DNA from: Deltaproteobacteria bacterium | Lineage (GTDB): Bacteria > UBA10199 > SPLOWO2-01-44-7 | Length of the DNA stretch: 34,680 nt | Direction of reading: 5' to 3' | Assembly (NCBI GenBank): GCA_030688705.1 | Contig: JAUYJH010000061.1 | Coordinates: 1 to 34,680 of the forward strand | Shown: piece after piece, positions 27,101-34,680 of the stretch | Layout of the letters: the number at the start of each line of letters is the position of its first letter | How positions within the stretch are numbered: the first letter of the stretch is position 1 | Made by a program: the position numbers and the translations under genes | The notes under the pieces: generated by a model | What the model saw: only the letters and a program-made list of their open reading frames with translations | What the model was told of the DNA's origin: nothing | Databases searched by the model: none

Positions 27101-30100
27101 CCTCTCCGCCTTCATGCCGGCCCGCCTGATAACCAACCTGATCCAGACGCACCCCCCTGCGGACATCATAGAGCCTCTGGCCGGTATCGGCGACGTTTTG
27201 GCCGAAACGGGAGAAATGAAAACAGTCCGCAGTCTTGCCGTACAGCTTTTTGTTTTGAAAAATTCAAAAACGCCCTCCGGGGAGCAAAATGCGCGGCGAA
27301 GACTGCAAGAAATTGTGGGCGGTTTGCAGACCGCTCAATGGGATAAAATTCTGGACAACCGGCATTTTGTCGCTTCCATTTGGGAGCACGCTTCGGCATT
27401 TCTTTCCAGGCAGGGCGTCAAAAATCCCTTTTTGCCGACCGAACTTCCCTTAACCGTTACCGAACATCCCTTGGGCGGTATTGTCAGGCCCGACCCAAGC
27501 AACCCAGCACAGGTGCGCATTTTGCTGGCCATTCGTTATGGCGCGGAAAAAACCGCAGTGGCGGGACTCACAAACAATGGGGCCCGTTTGGAAATCCATC
27601 TGAAAGGGAGTGATGACAGTTTACAAAATTCTCTACAGCCTCTTTTTCCCGTGCCGGTGTCGGTGGAACAAGGACTTAAGAGAGTGAGCATTCAGGTTGC
27701 TCTGGAAGAAGTTCTTTCTCTTTTGGATCGGCTTAATCAGCTTGGGCCGCAACTGATGAACAAGGGAACCGCATCCAATTTAATGCGTACCCTGCTCGCC
27801 GCCCAGGCGCATGTAAGGGGAATGGAGCTGGCTTGGAAAAATATCGAGTCGGTCGCAAGCCGCATGGAACCGGATATTGCGGAAAAAGAGAATAAGCGTT
27901 TAAAACGAATAGAGGCCCTTTATCGGGAGGTAAAAACAAAAGAGGAAAGATTGGAAGTCCTATGGAGGCTTTTTCCGGCTCTGACGGAGCATTTGCCCGA
28001 ATTCAATCGATTGGCCATAGAGATATTTTCGCTGAACGCGGCATTCGAGACGCTGGTCCTCCAATTTTACGAACCCCTTCCGCTTCGCCCCCGCCACCCG
28101 GAATTGCGCTCGCTTTTGAACGCCTTGAAGTTTTATGTTTCACCAAAAGGATACGGCAAACCGTCGCTTTTATCCCGCCGCATCCATGACATGGTCAACG
28201 ATTGCGCCGTTATTCAGGATTCCATTGAAAAAGACCCGATGTTCGGCGTGGAAAGAGAATTTTGGCCGGGTTCCATCCGGCAGCCTTTTGACGTATTGAC
28301 GCAATTTTTGGAGGACGCGCAAAAAAACGCCGATGCAGTGCGTGACCTCCTTGCGCAAATCAAAAAGAAAATGGCTCTCCCTTCGCCGCAGACCAGAGAA
28401 ATGCAAGCCCTTCTGAAACAATCTCTCTTTTTGATCTCCGAGGTGTTGGGCCCCCTGCCGGGCGAGGCGGGAGACTTTTTGGCGGCGGGCAGGGGAACCA
28501 GGCTTCGCAGACGTTTCAATAAAAGGGAGCGGTGGGAGAACCATCTCAACCGGATTCGCGGCAAAATTATTGAAGAAAGGCAAAAACCGTTTGAAATACC
28601 CCCTGAACAACTCCAAGAATTTGAAGCAATCTATTTTTCCCTTCCCGACCTGATTGTCCGGATTGCCGCCAAAGAGAGGATTGCCAAGGGTCTTTCAAGT
28701 GATTCCAAAAACATTCATTTACAATCAGTCATCGATAACGTCATGGCGTATCGCGTGACCCTGGGGAGGTTCAGACGGGCATACAAGATTTTTTATCAGC
28801 ATAGAAAACGGAATGGGGATCCTGTGGAACTTCTCAAACCCTTTTATCTGGACGTGCGCCGCTACAAACACAAAATGAACACTCATTTGAACCGGGTGGA
28901 AAAAGCGGTGGCTTTTTTACAGCGGCAACATAGAGCAGGGGCGGGGCCGGTGCCGGCAAAACAAAAGAGATATCCGGTTCCTGACCGCGGGCTCGATATT
29001 CCGGGCCACACGGTGGTTGTCAAAGAGGGATGGGGCCGGATTGACGGGGTGAAGGTGGAGATAAAAGGTCCGGTCAAAACGCAAAATGAAAAATTGAAAC
29101 AGGTCGCCTTGCTTTTGGATATCCCCGAGGCCGAGTTGGCAAAAAGCGTTGCTTTGGCCCACCCGATGTTCAAAGAGAGGGTACGAAAAAAAATTCTGCG
29201 GGGCGAACCGTTGCGCCGGCTGGTCAAAATTAACGAAGGGGCCGGCATTGCCGTTATTCATGATGAACGTTTTGGCACGGTTTTTTATATTCCCTACAAT
29301 TCCGGCTGGGTCATGCGTCAGGCAAAAGCCATGGTCCCGATGATTCCGGGGGCGGGGGGCGCCCGCTCCACCGGAGCCACCATGCAGGCCCCTATGGTGA
29401 GACTTCGTTCCCTAAAATACAACGCGGTCACCTTCGATACGCCTAATCATGGTCTTGCCGTGAGAGACGCATATTTTAACGACCTCAAAAAATTCATGGA
29501 ATGGATCGATGTCGTGCTCGGGTATTTCCGTTTTCTGGCCAATGAAGGCCCCAGAATTTTGCCGCTCGTTCCTATCGGCAGAAGCCACGGTGAAAACACA
29601 CTGCTCCAATACGCGGTCGATCATCCCGGAAAGCTGGATGGATTGATCGGCGTTTCCGGATACGACCCGGCGTGGGATGACAGGACATTTCCCCATTTGT
29701 TGGAAAGGATCAAAGAAGGTGATTTTGTGCCGCACCCGGCCGGCCTTGTGATGGCCGCCGCGCACGACGGGGTTAAGCTTGCGGTCGAAGGGGCCTTTTT
29801 GAATGAAGAGGGAACGATTACGGCCCCCAGTCGGGACGCTATGAGTATTAAAGTGGATGGCGATAAAAAACCTCCCCAATGGGCCTTTTTGGATCCTCTC
29901 ACCTGCGGAGCATGGGTTTTAACACCGAGTCTCCACTTTAGTGCAACGCAAGACACCGATTATCAAGGGGTTGATCGTTTTTGGGAGGAAAGGACGGCAT
30001 GGGTGGAAGGACTGCCGGGGGACCACAGGATAGTGGTGATTCCCGGCGGCAGACACGATCTTTTATCCCTGGGGGGGATGCAGGTTTTTCCGCATGAAAA

Positions 30101-30194
30101 AAAGAGGATACAGATTGTTTATTCCAGAATTGACGCCTTTATAACCTCTGTTATTGCCAATTTCACCGCCCGCCAAGGGGGGGTTGACTTATGA
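27084..30194 (+). CDS. Large hypothetical protein (~1030 aa) with a C-terminal alpha/beta-hydrolase (Ser-Asp-His) domain
   Basis: Start is ambiguous: TTG 27084 and TTG 27093 overlap the recG end; ATG 27114 is the third option. The N-terminal ~750 aa are helical with no recognised motif. Nucleophile elbow GRSHG at 29577-29591, then SATQDTDY (Asp) and PGGRHDLLS (His). The stop overlaps the glpX ATG (ATGA). Confidence 0.75.
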   Translation: MFKLLNLSAFMPARLITNLIQTHPPADIIEPLAGIGDVLAETGEMKTVRSLAVQLFVLKNSKTPSGEQNARRRLQEIVGGLQTAQWDKILDNRHFVASIWEHASAFLSRQGVKNPFLPTELPLTVTEHPLGGIVRPDPSNPAQVRILLAIRYGAEKTAVAGLTNNGARLEIHLKGSDDSLQNSLQPLFPVPVSVEQGLKRVSIQVALEEVLSLLDRLNQLGPQLMNKGTASNLMRTLLAAQAHVRGMELAWKNIESVASRMEPDIAEKENKRLKRIEALYREVKTKEERLEVLWRLFPALTEHLPEFNRLAIEIFSLNAAFETLVLQFYEPLPLRPRHPELRSLLNALKFYVSPKGYGKPSLLSRRIHDMVNDCAVIQDSIEKDPMFGVEREFWPGSIRQPFDVLTQFLEDAQKNADAVRDLLAQIKKKMALPSPQTREMQALLKQSLFLISEVLGPLPGEAGDFLAAGRGTRLRRRFNKRERWENHLNRIRGKIIEERQKPFEIPPEQLQEFEAIYFSLPDLIVRIAAKERIAKGLSSDSKNIHLQSVIDNVMAYRVTLGRFRRAYKIFYQHRKRNGDPVELLKPFYLDVRRYKHKMNTHLNRVEKAVAFLQRQHRAGAGPVPAKQKRYPVPDRGLDIPGHTVVVKEGWGRIDGVKVEIKGPVKTQNEKLKQVALLLDIPEAELAKSVALAHPMFKERVRKKILRGEPLRRLVKINEGAGIAVIHDERFGTVFYIPYNSGWVMRQAKAMVPMIPGAGGARSTGATMQAPMVRLRSLKYNAVTFDTPNHGLAVRDAYFNDLKKFMEWIDVVLGYFRFLANEGPRILPLVPIGRSHGENTLLQYAVDHPGKLDGLIGVSGYDPAWDDRTFPHLLERIKEGDFVPHPAGLVMAAAHDGVKLAVEGAFLNEEGTITAPSRDAMSIKVDGDKKPPQWAFLDPLTCGAWVLTPSLHFSATQDTDYQGVDRFWEERTAWVEGLPGDHRIVVIPGGRHDLLSLGGMQVFPHEKKRIQIVYSRIDAFITSVIANFTARQGGVDL

Positions 30195-31177
30195 AAAAGC
30201 GCTTGCTACAGAAGCCCCCCATGGATCGAAATCTTGCATTAGAGTGTGTTCGCGTAACCGAAGCGGCGGCGTTGTCTGCGGCCCGTTGGGTTGGCAAGGG
30301 GGATAATGACGCGGCCGATCAGGCGGCGGTCAATGCCATGCGGACTACGCTAAATAGTCTTCATATTCGCGGCCGTGTCGTCATCGGTGAGGGGGAGCGG
30401 GATGAAGCCCCCATGCTTTATATCGGTGAAGAGGTTGGCGATGGAGGCGGTCCGCAGGTCGATATCGCCGTCGATCCTCTGGAAGGGACAACCATTACGG
30501 CGCAGGGGGGTGTCAATGCCCTCGCTGTGATCGGCATTGCCAATAAAGGGGAGTTTTTGAATGCCCCCGATACTTACATGGAAAAAATTGCGGTCGGTCC
30601 CGATGCCAAAGGGGCGATTGATCTGACAAAATCTCCAACAGAAAATCTAAAAAATATTGCCAAGGCCAAAGGGGTCGCCATTGAGAATTTGACGGTCATT
30701 ATTTTGGAAAGAGACCGCCATAAAGAATTGATCGCCGAAGTAAGGGGGTCCGGGGCGCGCATCCGTCTGATTCAGGATGGTGACATTTCCGCCGCTTTGG
30801 CCACCTGTTTTCCCGATCGCGGTGTCGATGTCTTGATGGGGACCGGCGGCGCGCCGGAGGGTGTCTTGGCTGCGGCGGCATTGCGCTGTGTCGGCGGCGA
30901 TATTCAGGGGCGTCTTGTTTTCAGAAACGAGAAAGAAAAAGAACGGGCGCAGGAAATGGGGATTCGCGAGTTTCAGAAAATCTATCGGATTCATGAGCTG
31001 GCCGGCGGCGACGTGATGTTTGCCGCGACCGGGGTCACCAATGGGGATTTTTTGCAAGGGGTCCGTTTTTTTCCGGGCGGGGCAGAGACCCATTCCATGG
31101 TGATGCGTTCGCAAACAGGAACCGTCCGTTATTTGAAGGCAACCCATAACTTCGACGTCAAACGCCCGACTTTCTAG
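30191..31177 (+). CDS. glpX: Class II fructose-1,6-bisphosphatase GlpX
   Basis: MDRNLALECVRVTEAAALSAARWVGKGDNDAADQAAVNAMR..VVIGEGERDEAPMLYIGEEVG..DIAVDPLEGT is collinear with E. coli GlpX. ATG 30221 is an alternative start. Confidence 0.93.
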   Translation: MKKRLLQKPPMDRNLALECVRVTEAAALSAARWVGKGDNDAADQAAVNAMRTTLNSLHIRGRVVIGEGERDEAPMLYIGEEVGDGGGPQVDIAVDPLEGTTITAQGGVNALAVIGIANKGEFLNAPDTYMEKIAVGPDAKGAIDLTKSPTENLKNIAKAKGVAIENLTVIILERDRHKELIAEVRGSGARIRLIQDGDISAALATCFPDRGVDVLMGTGGAPEGVLAAAALRCVGGDIQGRLVFRNEKEKERAQEMGIREFQKIYRIHELAGGDVMFAATGVTNGDFLQGVRFFPGGAETHSMVMRSQTGTVRYLKATHNFDVKRPTF

Positions 31178-31185
31178 CAAACTGT

Positions 31186-31345
31186 GAAAGACATCATTCC
31201 CGCCCCCGATGTCATTCCCGCGGAAGCGGGAATCTCGAGGGCAGGCTCCAGCGGGAATCTCGAGGGCAGGCTCCAGCCGGAATCCAGAAGTGTTTAAAAC
31301 GACTGGACCCCGGCTGGAGCCTGCCCCGTACTCCGATACGGGGCC
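31186..31345. repeat. Cluster of GC-rich REP-like elements (hairpin unit, 25-bp tandem duplication, 17-bp inverted repeat)
   Basis: GTCATTCCCGCG-GAAG-CGGGAATC (31211-31234). GCGGGAATCTCGAGGGCAGGCTCCA is a perfect x2 tandem (31226-31275) plus a partial third unit. GGGCAGGCTCCAGCCGG (31264-31280) faces CCGGCTGGAGCCTGCCC (31310-31326). Hairpin CCCCGTA-CTCCGA-TACGGGG (31323-31342). Confidence 0.85.
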
Positions 31346-31364
31346 GGGGTGACGAATAAACAAC

Positions 31365-31796
31365 ATGGTCTCCCAAAAAATCCTAATTAAAGCCCCCATC
31401 GAGACTGTTTTTAACAGTATTGTCGATTTTGCAAATTATCCCAAATTTCTTCCCGAAATAAAATCAGCCAAAATCGATCGGCGCAAAGATCGTGAAATAG
31501 AGGTCTCTTTCAAAATCAATCTGATCAAAGAAATTAACTACACCCTAAAAGTGGAACTCGACCCCCCATCCGGCGTTTACTGGAAACTCAAAAAAGGGGA
31601 TTTAATGAAAAGTAACGAGGGGAGTTGGGAGTTAAAAGCAAAAGGGGATACGGTCACAGAAGCGGTCTATTCCATCGATGTTACTTTTGGTCTTTGGGTT
31701 CCCAATGCGATCACTGAAGCCTTGGTTGCAAAAAACCTGCCACAGACTTTGAAGAGATTTAAAAAGAGAGCCGAGGGATTACATAGAAAATCCTAA
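31365..31796 (+). CDS. SRPBCC-superfamily protein (polyketide cyclase/dehydrase, RatA/CoxG-like)
   Basis: 143 aa. ILIKAPIETVFNSIVDFANYPKFLPEIKSAKI is typical of the Polyketide_cyc2/SRPBCC N-terminus. Confidence 0.7.
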   Translation: MVSQKILIKAPIETVFNSIVDFANYPKFLPEIKSAKIDRRKDREIEVSFKINLIKEINYTLKVELDPPSGVYWKLKKGDLMKSNEGSWELKAKGDTVTEAVYSIDVTFGLWVPNAITEALVAKNLPQTLKRFKKRAEGLHRKS

Positions 31797-31818
31797 ATAC
31801 TAATTCCTAAATTCTAAA
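31787..31818. repeat. AT-rich heptad element, left-type half copy (C)
   Basis: AAAATCCTAAATACTAATTCCTAAATTCTAAA overlaps the stop codon of the SRPBCC gene. It has the same motif set as the left arms of copies A and B. Confidence 0.65.
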
Positions 31819-31905
31819 GGGCACATCTGAAAACTGTCCAGTAACCGGGGTCAGATCACCTTGATCCGGCGCATCGGCCGTTATAAGCAACAAAAATAGA
31901 GAACA

Positions 31906-31915
31906 ACCGATAACT
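31906..31915 (+). promoter_or_regulatory. ACCGATAACT box (sigma-28 -10-like, 7/8) upstream of the S8 peptidase gene
   Basis: Shares the 9-mer CCGATAACT with the boxes at 7588 and 19951. Lies 18 nt upstream of the ATG. The -35 is poor. Confidence 0.2.
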
Positions 31916-31931
31916 ATAATGAGGAAGATAA

Positions 31932-33380
31932 ATGTCTCCGGCTGGAAAAACAGAAGCAATATCCGCGGAAAATGCCTGGCAGGCGATACGGAGCCTTGCC
32001 CTTCTGATGCGAGACGGCCTCACATCAGAGGAATTGGCTGCGTTTAACCGCAACGTAGAGCCACAAGACAGTTTTGGCGGATTTGAAAGATCCGCCTCTA
32101 TCCCAGACAAACCCGGTTCCAGAACCTTTGAACTAAAAAGTAATCAGGGAGTGCAAATTACCGTTAAGGAAAATTTTCACCCTTCACTTCCAGAGGATGT
32201 AACGGACCGTTACTTCAAACTTTTTGCTGCCAATGGACGTCTCTTATTTGAAGCAGCGTCGGTCCTCTATTTTGCCAAACCGAATTATCCCAAAGTTGTG
32301 AAATCCTACACCTATACCTATTATGACAACGGTTGTTTGAGAGAAGAACGGGAGAACATGGGTTACTACTCTCTTGTAAATGAAAAATCAGACTGGGAGA
32401 ATTATTCGAGGGGTTTTGATGCCAACTTTAGCAGGCCGCCTCTGGTGCAAAAATATTTCGAGCGCCACAACCATCTGCCCGATCGATTCAAAGTAGAGGG
32501 CCGGAAAATTCCTGTTGCGGTGTGGGACAGCGGTGTTGATTATCAAAACCTCGATATCCTTCCCTACTTGGATATGCCCCGCGCTTGGGATTTCATCCGG
32601 GATGATGCTTGCCCCTATGACGTGGTAAGCCTTGGAAGTCAATTCCGCGGTTTAGACTCTCACGGCACGGCCGTCACCGGAGCAATGATTGCCGTCGGCC
32701 TGGCAAACACCGTTTCGATTGTTCCTTTGCGAACCGAATTGGCGAATCTGGTTTATAAGAAAGATTATTCTTCCTTTCCCGAACTGACAAAGGCCCGGGA
32801 TGCTGGGGCACGCATTATCAACTTAAGCTCTATTTCACCCAACAGAACTCCCGAATGGCTTTCTCTTGTTGCGGCTAATCCCGATTTTTTGTTTGTACAA
32901 GGGGCCGGAAATGATGGAAAGGCTTTTCAAGATGTGCGTCTTTGCGGCGATGAAAGTCCCTTTTCCGGAAGCCTGCTTCCATGTGACGAAATGGTATCCC
33001 TGCCCGCATTTGATCAAAAAGATTTTCCCAATTTAATTACTGTAGCCGCCATGGACAGACTGGAGAAGGGATTGGCTCAATTTTCCACCTATGGTTTCAG
33101 AGAAGTGACAACGGCCGCACCCGGAGAGGATATTTTGGTGCCCATGAAGGGGGGCGGCGTCGAACGGGCAAGTGGGACTTCTCTCGCGGCACCTTACATT
33201 GCCGGTGTGTCTGCGAACATCCTGGCCATCAATCCCAACCTAACCCCCACCCAGGTCAAGGAAATCATTGTCCGATCGACCCGGGCAATCCCCGCTTTGG
33301 AGGATAAGGTCGCCACAGGCGGAGCCGTCGATCCGATCAGGGCGTACACTCTAGCCATGGCCAGCCTCCATCACAAATAG
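31932..33380 (+). CDS. Subtilisin-like serine peptidase (family S8) with an uncharacterised ~190-aa N-terminal region
   Basis: GAGGAAG SD. Catalytic motifs VAVWDSGVD (Asp), DSHGTAVTGAM (His), GAGNDG (oxyanion Asn), SGTSLAAPYIAGV (Ser). No signal peptide in MSPAGKTEAISAENAWQAIRSLALLMRDG. Confidence 0.9.
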   Translation: MSPAGKTEAISAENAWQAIRSLALLMRDGLTSEELAAFNRNVEPQDSFGGFERSASIPDKPGSRTFELKSNQGVQITVKENFHPSLPEDVTDRYFKLFAANGRLLFEAASVLYFAKPNYPKVVKSYTYTYYDNGCLREERENMGYYSLVNEKSDWENYSRGFDANFSRPPLVQKYFERHNHLPDRFKVEGRKIPVAVWDSGVDYQNLDILPYLDMPRAWDFIRDDACPYDVVSLGSQFRGLDSHGTAVTGAMIAVGLANTVSIVPLRTELANLVYKKDYSSFPELTKARDAGARIINLSSISPNRTPEWLSLVAANPDFLFVQGAGNDGKAFQDVRLCGDESPFSGSLLPCDEMVSLPAFDQKDFPNLITVAAMDRLEKGLAQFSTYGFREVTTAAPGEDILVPMKGGGVERASGTSLAAPYIAGVSANILAINPNLTPTQVKEIIVRSTRAIPALEDKVATGGAVDPIRAYTLAMASLHHK

Positions 33381-33383
33381 TCG

Positions 33384-33446
33384 TTTGAAATATTGGAATT
33401 TGGATATTGAGGTTTGTTTAGGATTTAGAGTTTAGAATTTGGGATT
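33384..33446. repeat. AT-rich heptad element, right-type half copy (D); read on the minus strand it is a left-type arm following the shc stop
   Basis: TTTGAAATATTGGAATTTGGATATTGAGGTTTGTTTAGGATTTAGAGTTTAGAATTTGGGATT shares GTTTGTTTAGGATTTAGA..TTTAGAATTTGG with the right arms of A and B. It overlaps the last codons and the stop of shc. Confidence 0.7.
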
Positions 33447-34680
33447 AATTGTGTTTTGGTATCTCGCCAGTGCCAACAACGGAAAATAATAGCGGTATCC
33501 GTGGTAACGAATGTAAAAATGTCCCGGAAAGCCGGTCCCCGTAAAATATTTTTCTTCCCAGACTCCATTTTCAAAATGATCGAGTAGAAACCGAACCCCC
33601 TTCTGGACCGCAAGCGAGTGCTGATAACCTCCCGCCACCAGTCCCATCAAGCCCCACGCCGTTTGAGAGGAAACACTTTCGGGGTAGGGGAGATAGTGTT
33701 TTGTAACATAACTTTCCGGTGATTCTGAAAAACCGCCGTCGGCATTTTGAATCGACAAGAGCCATCGACAGGCCTTGTCACACTGTTTTTTGAGAGGGTT
33801 GTTCCTCCCCAAGAGAGAAAGACCGGTCAAAACAGCCCAGGTTCCATAAATATAATTGACTCCCCATCGGCCAAACCATCCCCCGAATTTTTCCTGCGAT
33901 TTTTTTAAATACCCAATCGCTTTTTTGATCGGCTTGGCTTCTTTATCCATCCCCATTTTCAAAAAAAGTTCTAGTGCCCTGCCGGTAATATCGGGGGAAG
34001 AGGGGTCGAGGCAGGCGCCGTGATCGGCAAAGGGAATTTTATTGACCAGTTCCAGATCATTATTTTTGTCAAACGCCCCCCAGCCGCCATCGTCATTCTG
34101 CATCGATAAAATCCAGTCGAGGCCCCTCTGGATGGCGGGCCTTTTCTCGGCTTCCGGGAGTGCCATGGCTTCCAATGCCGCGATTACCTCAATGGTGTCG
34201 TCGACATCGGGAAAATATTCATTTAAAAATTCAAAAGACCACCCACCCACAGGTCCATCCGGATTTTTAAAACGCCAATCTCCTTTTGGATTTTGTACTT
34301 CTTTTGACAAAAGCCATCGTCCGGTTTTAAGAAGCCGCGGATCTTTTGGAGAGACAGAGTCCGATTCCAAAAGAGCGACTAACGCCCACGGGGTATCCCA
34401 AACGGGGGAGATACAGCATTGTTGGTGGATGGTACGACGGTACGACGGTACGACGGTACGCTCGTTCTGTGGCATGCATGGCAAAATTGGTTCATCATAG
34501 GTTTGTTGAAATCTTTTAAGCGCACCGATGGCGGTTTGGATTTGTGGCGAATCGTTAGAGAAACCGTAGGCCTTAAAAGCCATGGCGCCGTAGGCTAGGG
34601 CAGGGTAGATATCCTCCGTTTTCTGAAGATGCTCCCAGACCCAATCGATGCATTTGTCGAGGGCCTGTTTGCGCCACGGC
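33432..34680 (-). CDS. shc: Squalene-hopene cyclase (partial; 5' end outside the window)
   Basis: DxDD motif FPDVDDTIEV; QW-type repeats NDDGGWGAF and QNADGGFSES; CISPVWDT; C-terminus GTGFPGHFYIRYHGYRYYFPLLALARY. The frame stays open from the listed ATG (34583) to nt 34680 (..IYPALAYGAMAFKAYG). Confidence 0.93.
   Translation of the reverse strand, partial: PWRKQALDKCIDWVWEHLQKTEDIYPALAYGAMAFKAYGFSNDSPQIQTAIGALKRFQQTYDEPILPCMPQNERTVVPSYRRTIHQQCCISPVWDTPWALVALLESDSVSPKDPRLLKTGRWLLSKEVQNPKGDWRFKNPDGPVGGWSFEFLNEYFPDVDDTIEVIAALEAMALPEAEKRPAIQRGLDWILSMQNDDGGWGAFDKNNDLELVNKIPFADHGACLDPSSPDITGRALELFLKMGMDKEAKPIKKAIGYLKKSQEKFGGWFGRWGVNYIYGTWAVLTGLSLLGRNNPLKKQCDKACRWLLSIQNADGGFSESPESYVTKHYLPYPESVSSQTAWGLMGLVAGGYQHSLAVQKGVRFLLDHFENGVWEEKYFTGTGFPGHFYIRYHGYRYYFPLLALARYQNTINPKF
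34431..34460. repeat. Octanucleotide tandem repeat GGTACGAC x3.75 inside shc
   Basis: GGTACGAC at 34431-38, 34439-46 and 34447-54, plus GGTACG at 34455-60. It encodes ERTVVPSYRRT on the minus strand. Confidence 0.9.

Noticed and set aside
31226-31287. Tandem 25-bp repeats considered as a mini CRISPR array.
   Set aside because: The units are directly adjacent with no spacers, there are only about 2.5 copies, and no cas genes are present. The unit belongs to the dispersed REP-like family also seen at 19271-19306.
31915-31920. Perfect TATAAT hexamer upstream of the S8 gene as a sigma-70 -10 box.
   Set aside because: It lies only 11 nt from the ATG and abuts the GAGGAAG SD, so a transcript starting downstream of it would lack the SD. 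There is no TTGACA-like -35 at 17 nt.

Overview
34.7-kb window of a Gram-negative bacterial chromosome, probably from an uncultivated lineage. By eye I saw no rRNA, tRNA, CRISPR array, transposase or phage genes. All calls rest on motif recognition by eye; no searches or computations were run.

Gene content:
(i) nt 1-10.7 kb is a visibly more AT-rich accessory block with three giant + strand genes. They are an orphan >=1090-aa protein whose frame is open to the window edge, a tightly coupled 1393-aa PBS-lyase-type HEAT-repeat protein, and a 1020-aa secreted protein. The secreted protein has a beta-helix-like N-domain, seven thrombospondin type-3 Ca-binding repeats and a GC-motif/TM/basic C-terminal sorting signal.
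(ii) Housekeeping xerC-hslV-hslU-purA.
(iii) A TetR regulator followed by an Spt-like alpha-oxoamine synthase, a ~370-aa GNAT-like protein and an extended SDR. This matches the three-enzyme logic of bacterial ceramide synthesis (Spt/bCerS/CerR).
(iv) An FHA-TM protein next to an orphan full-length FlhB/SctU-family gene. Its NPTH autocleavage motif reads NPTE, and a sigma-28-like promoter precedes it.
(v) udp-tdk; the minus-strand purM-purN-omp operon convergent with tdk; recG; a 1036-aa orphan protein with a C-terminal alpha/beta-hydrolase domain wedged between recG and glpX; an SRPBCC protein; an S8 subtilase without a recognisable signal peptide; and the 3' two-thirds of squalene-hopene cyclase.

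Non-coding structure: two unrelated repeat families.
(a) Heptad-periodic AT-rich palindromic elements start at stop codons and twice end in the next gene's Shine-Dalgarno. One element appears to be split by the S8 gene.
(b) GC-rich GNRA-hairpin REP-like elements (GTCATTCC[C/G]GCG-GAAA type).

Best candidates for something undescribed: the AT-rich palindromic element family with the S8 cassette, the giant-gene trio, and the FHA + NPTE-FlhB pair.
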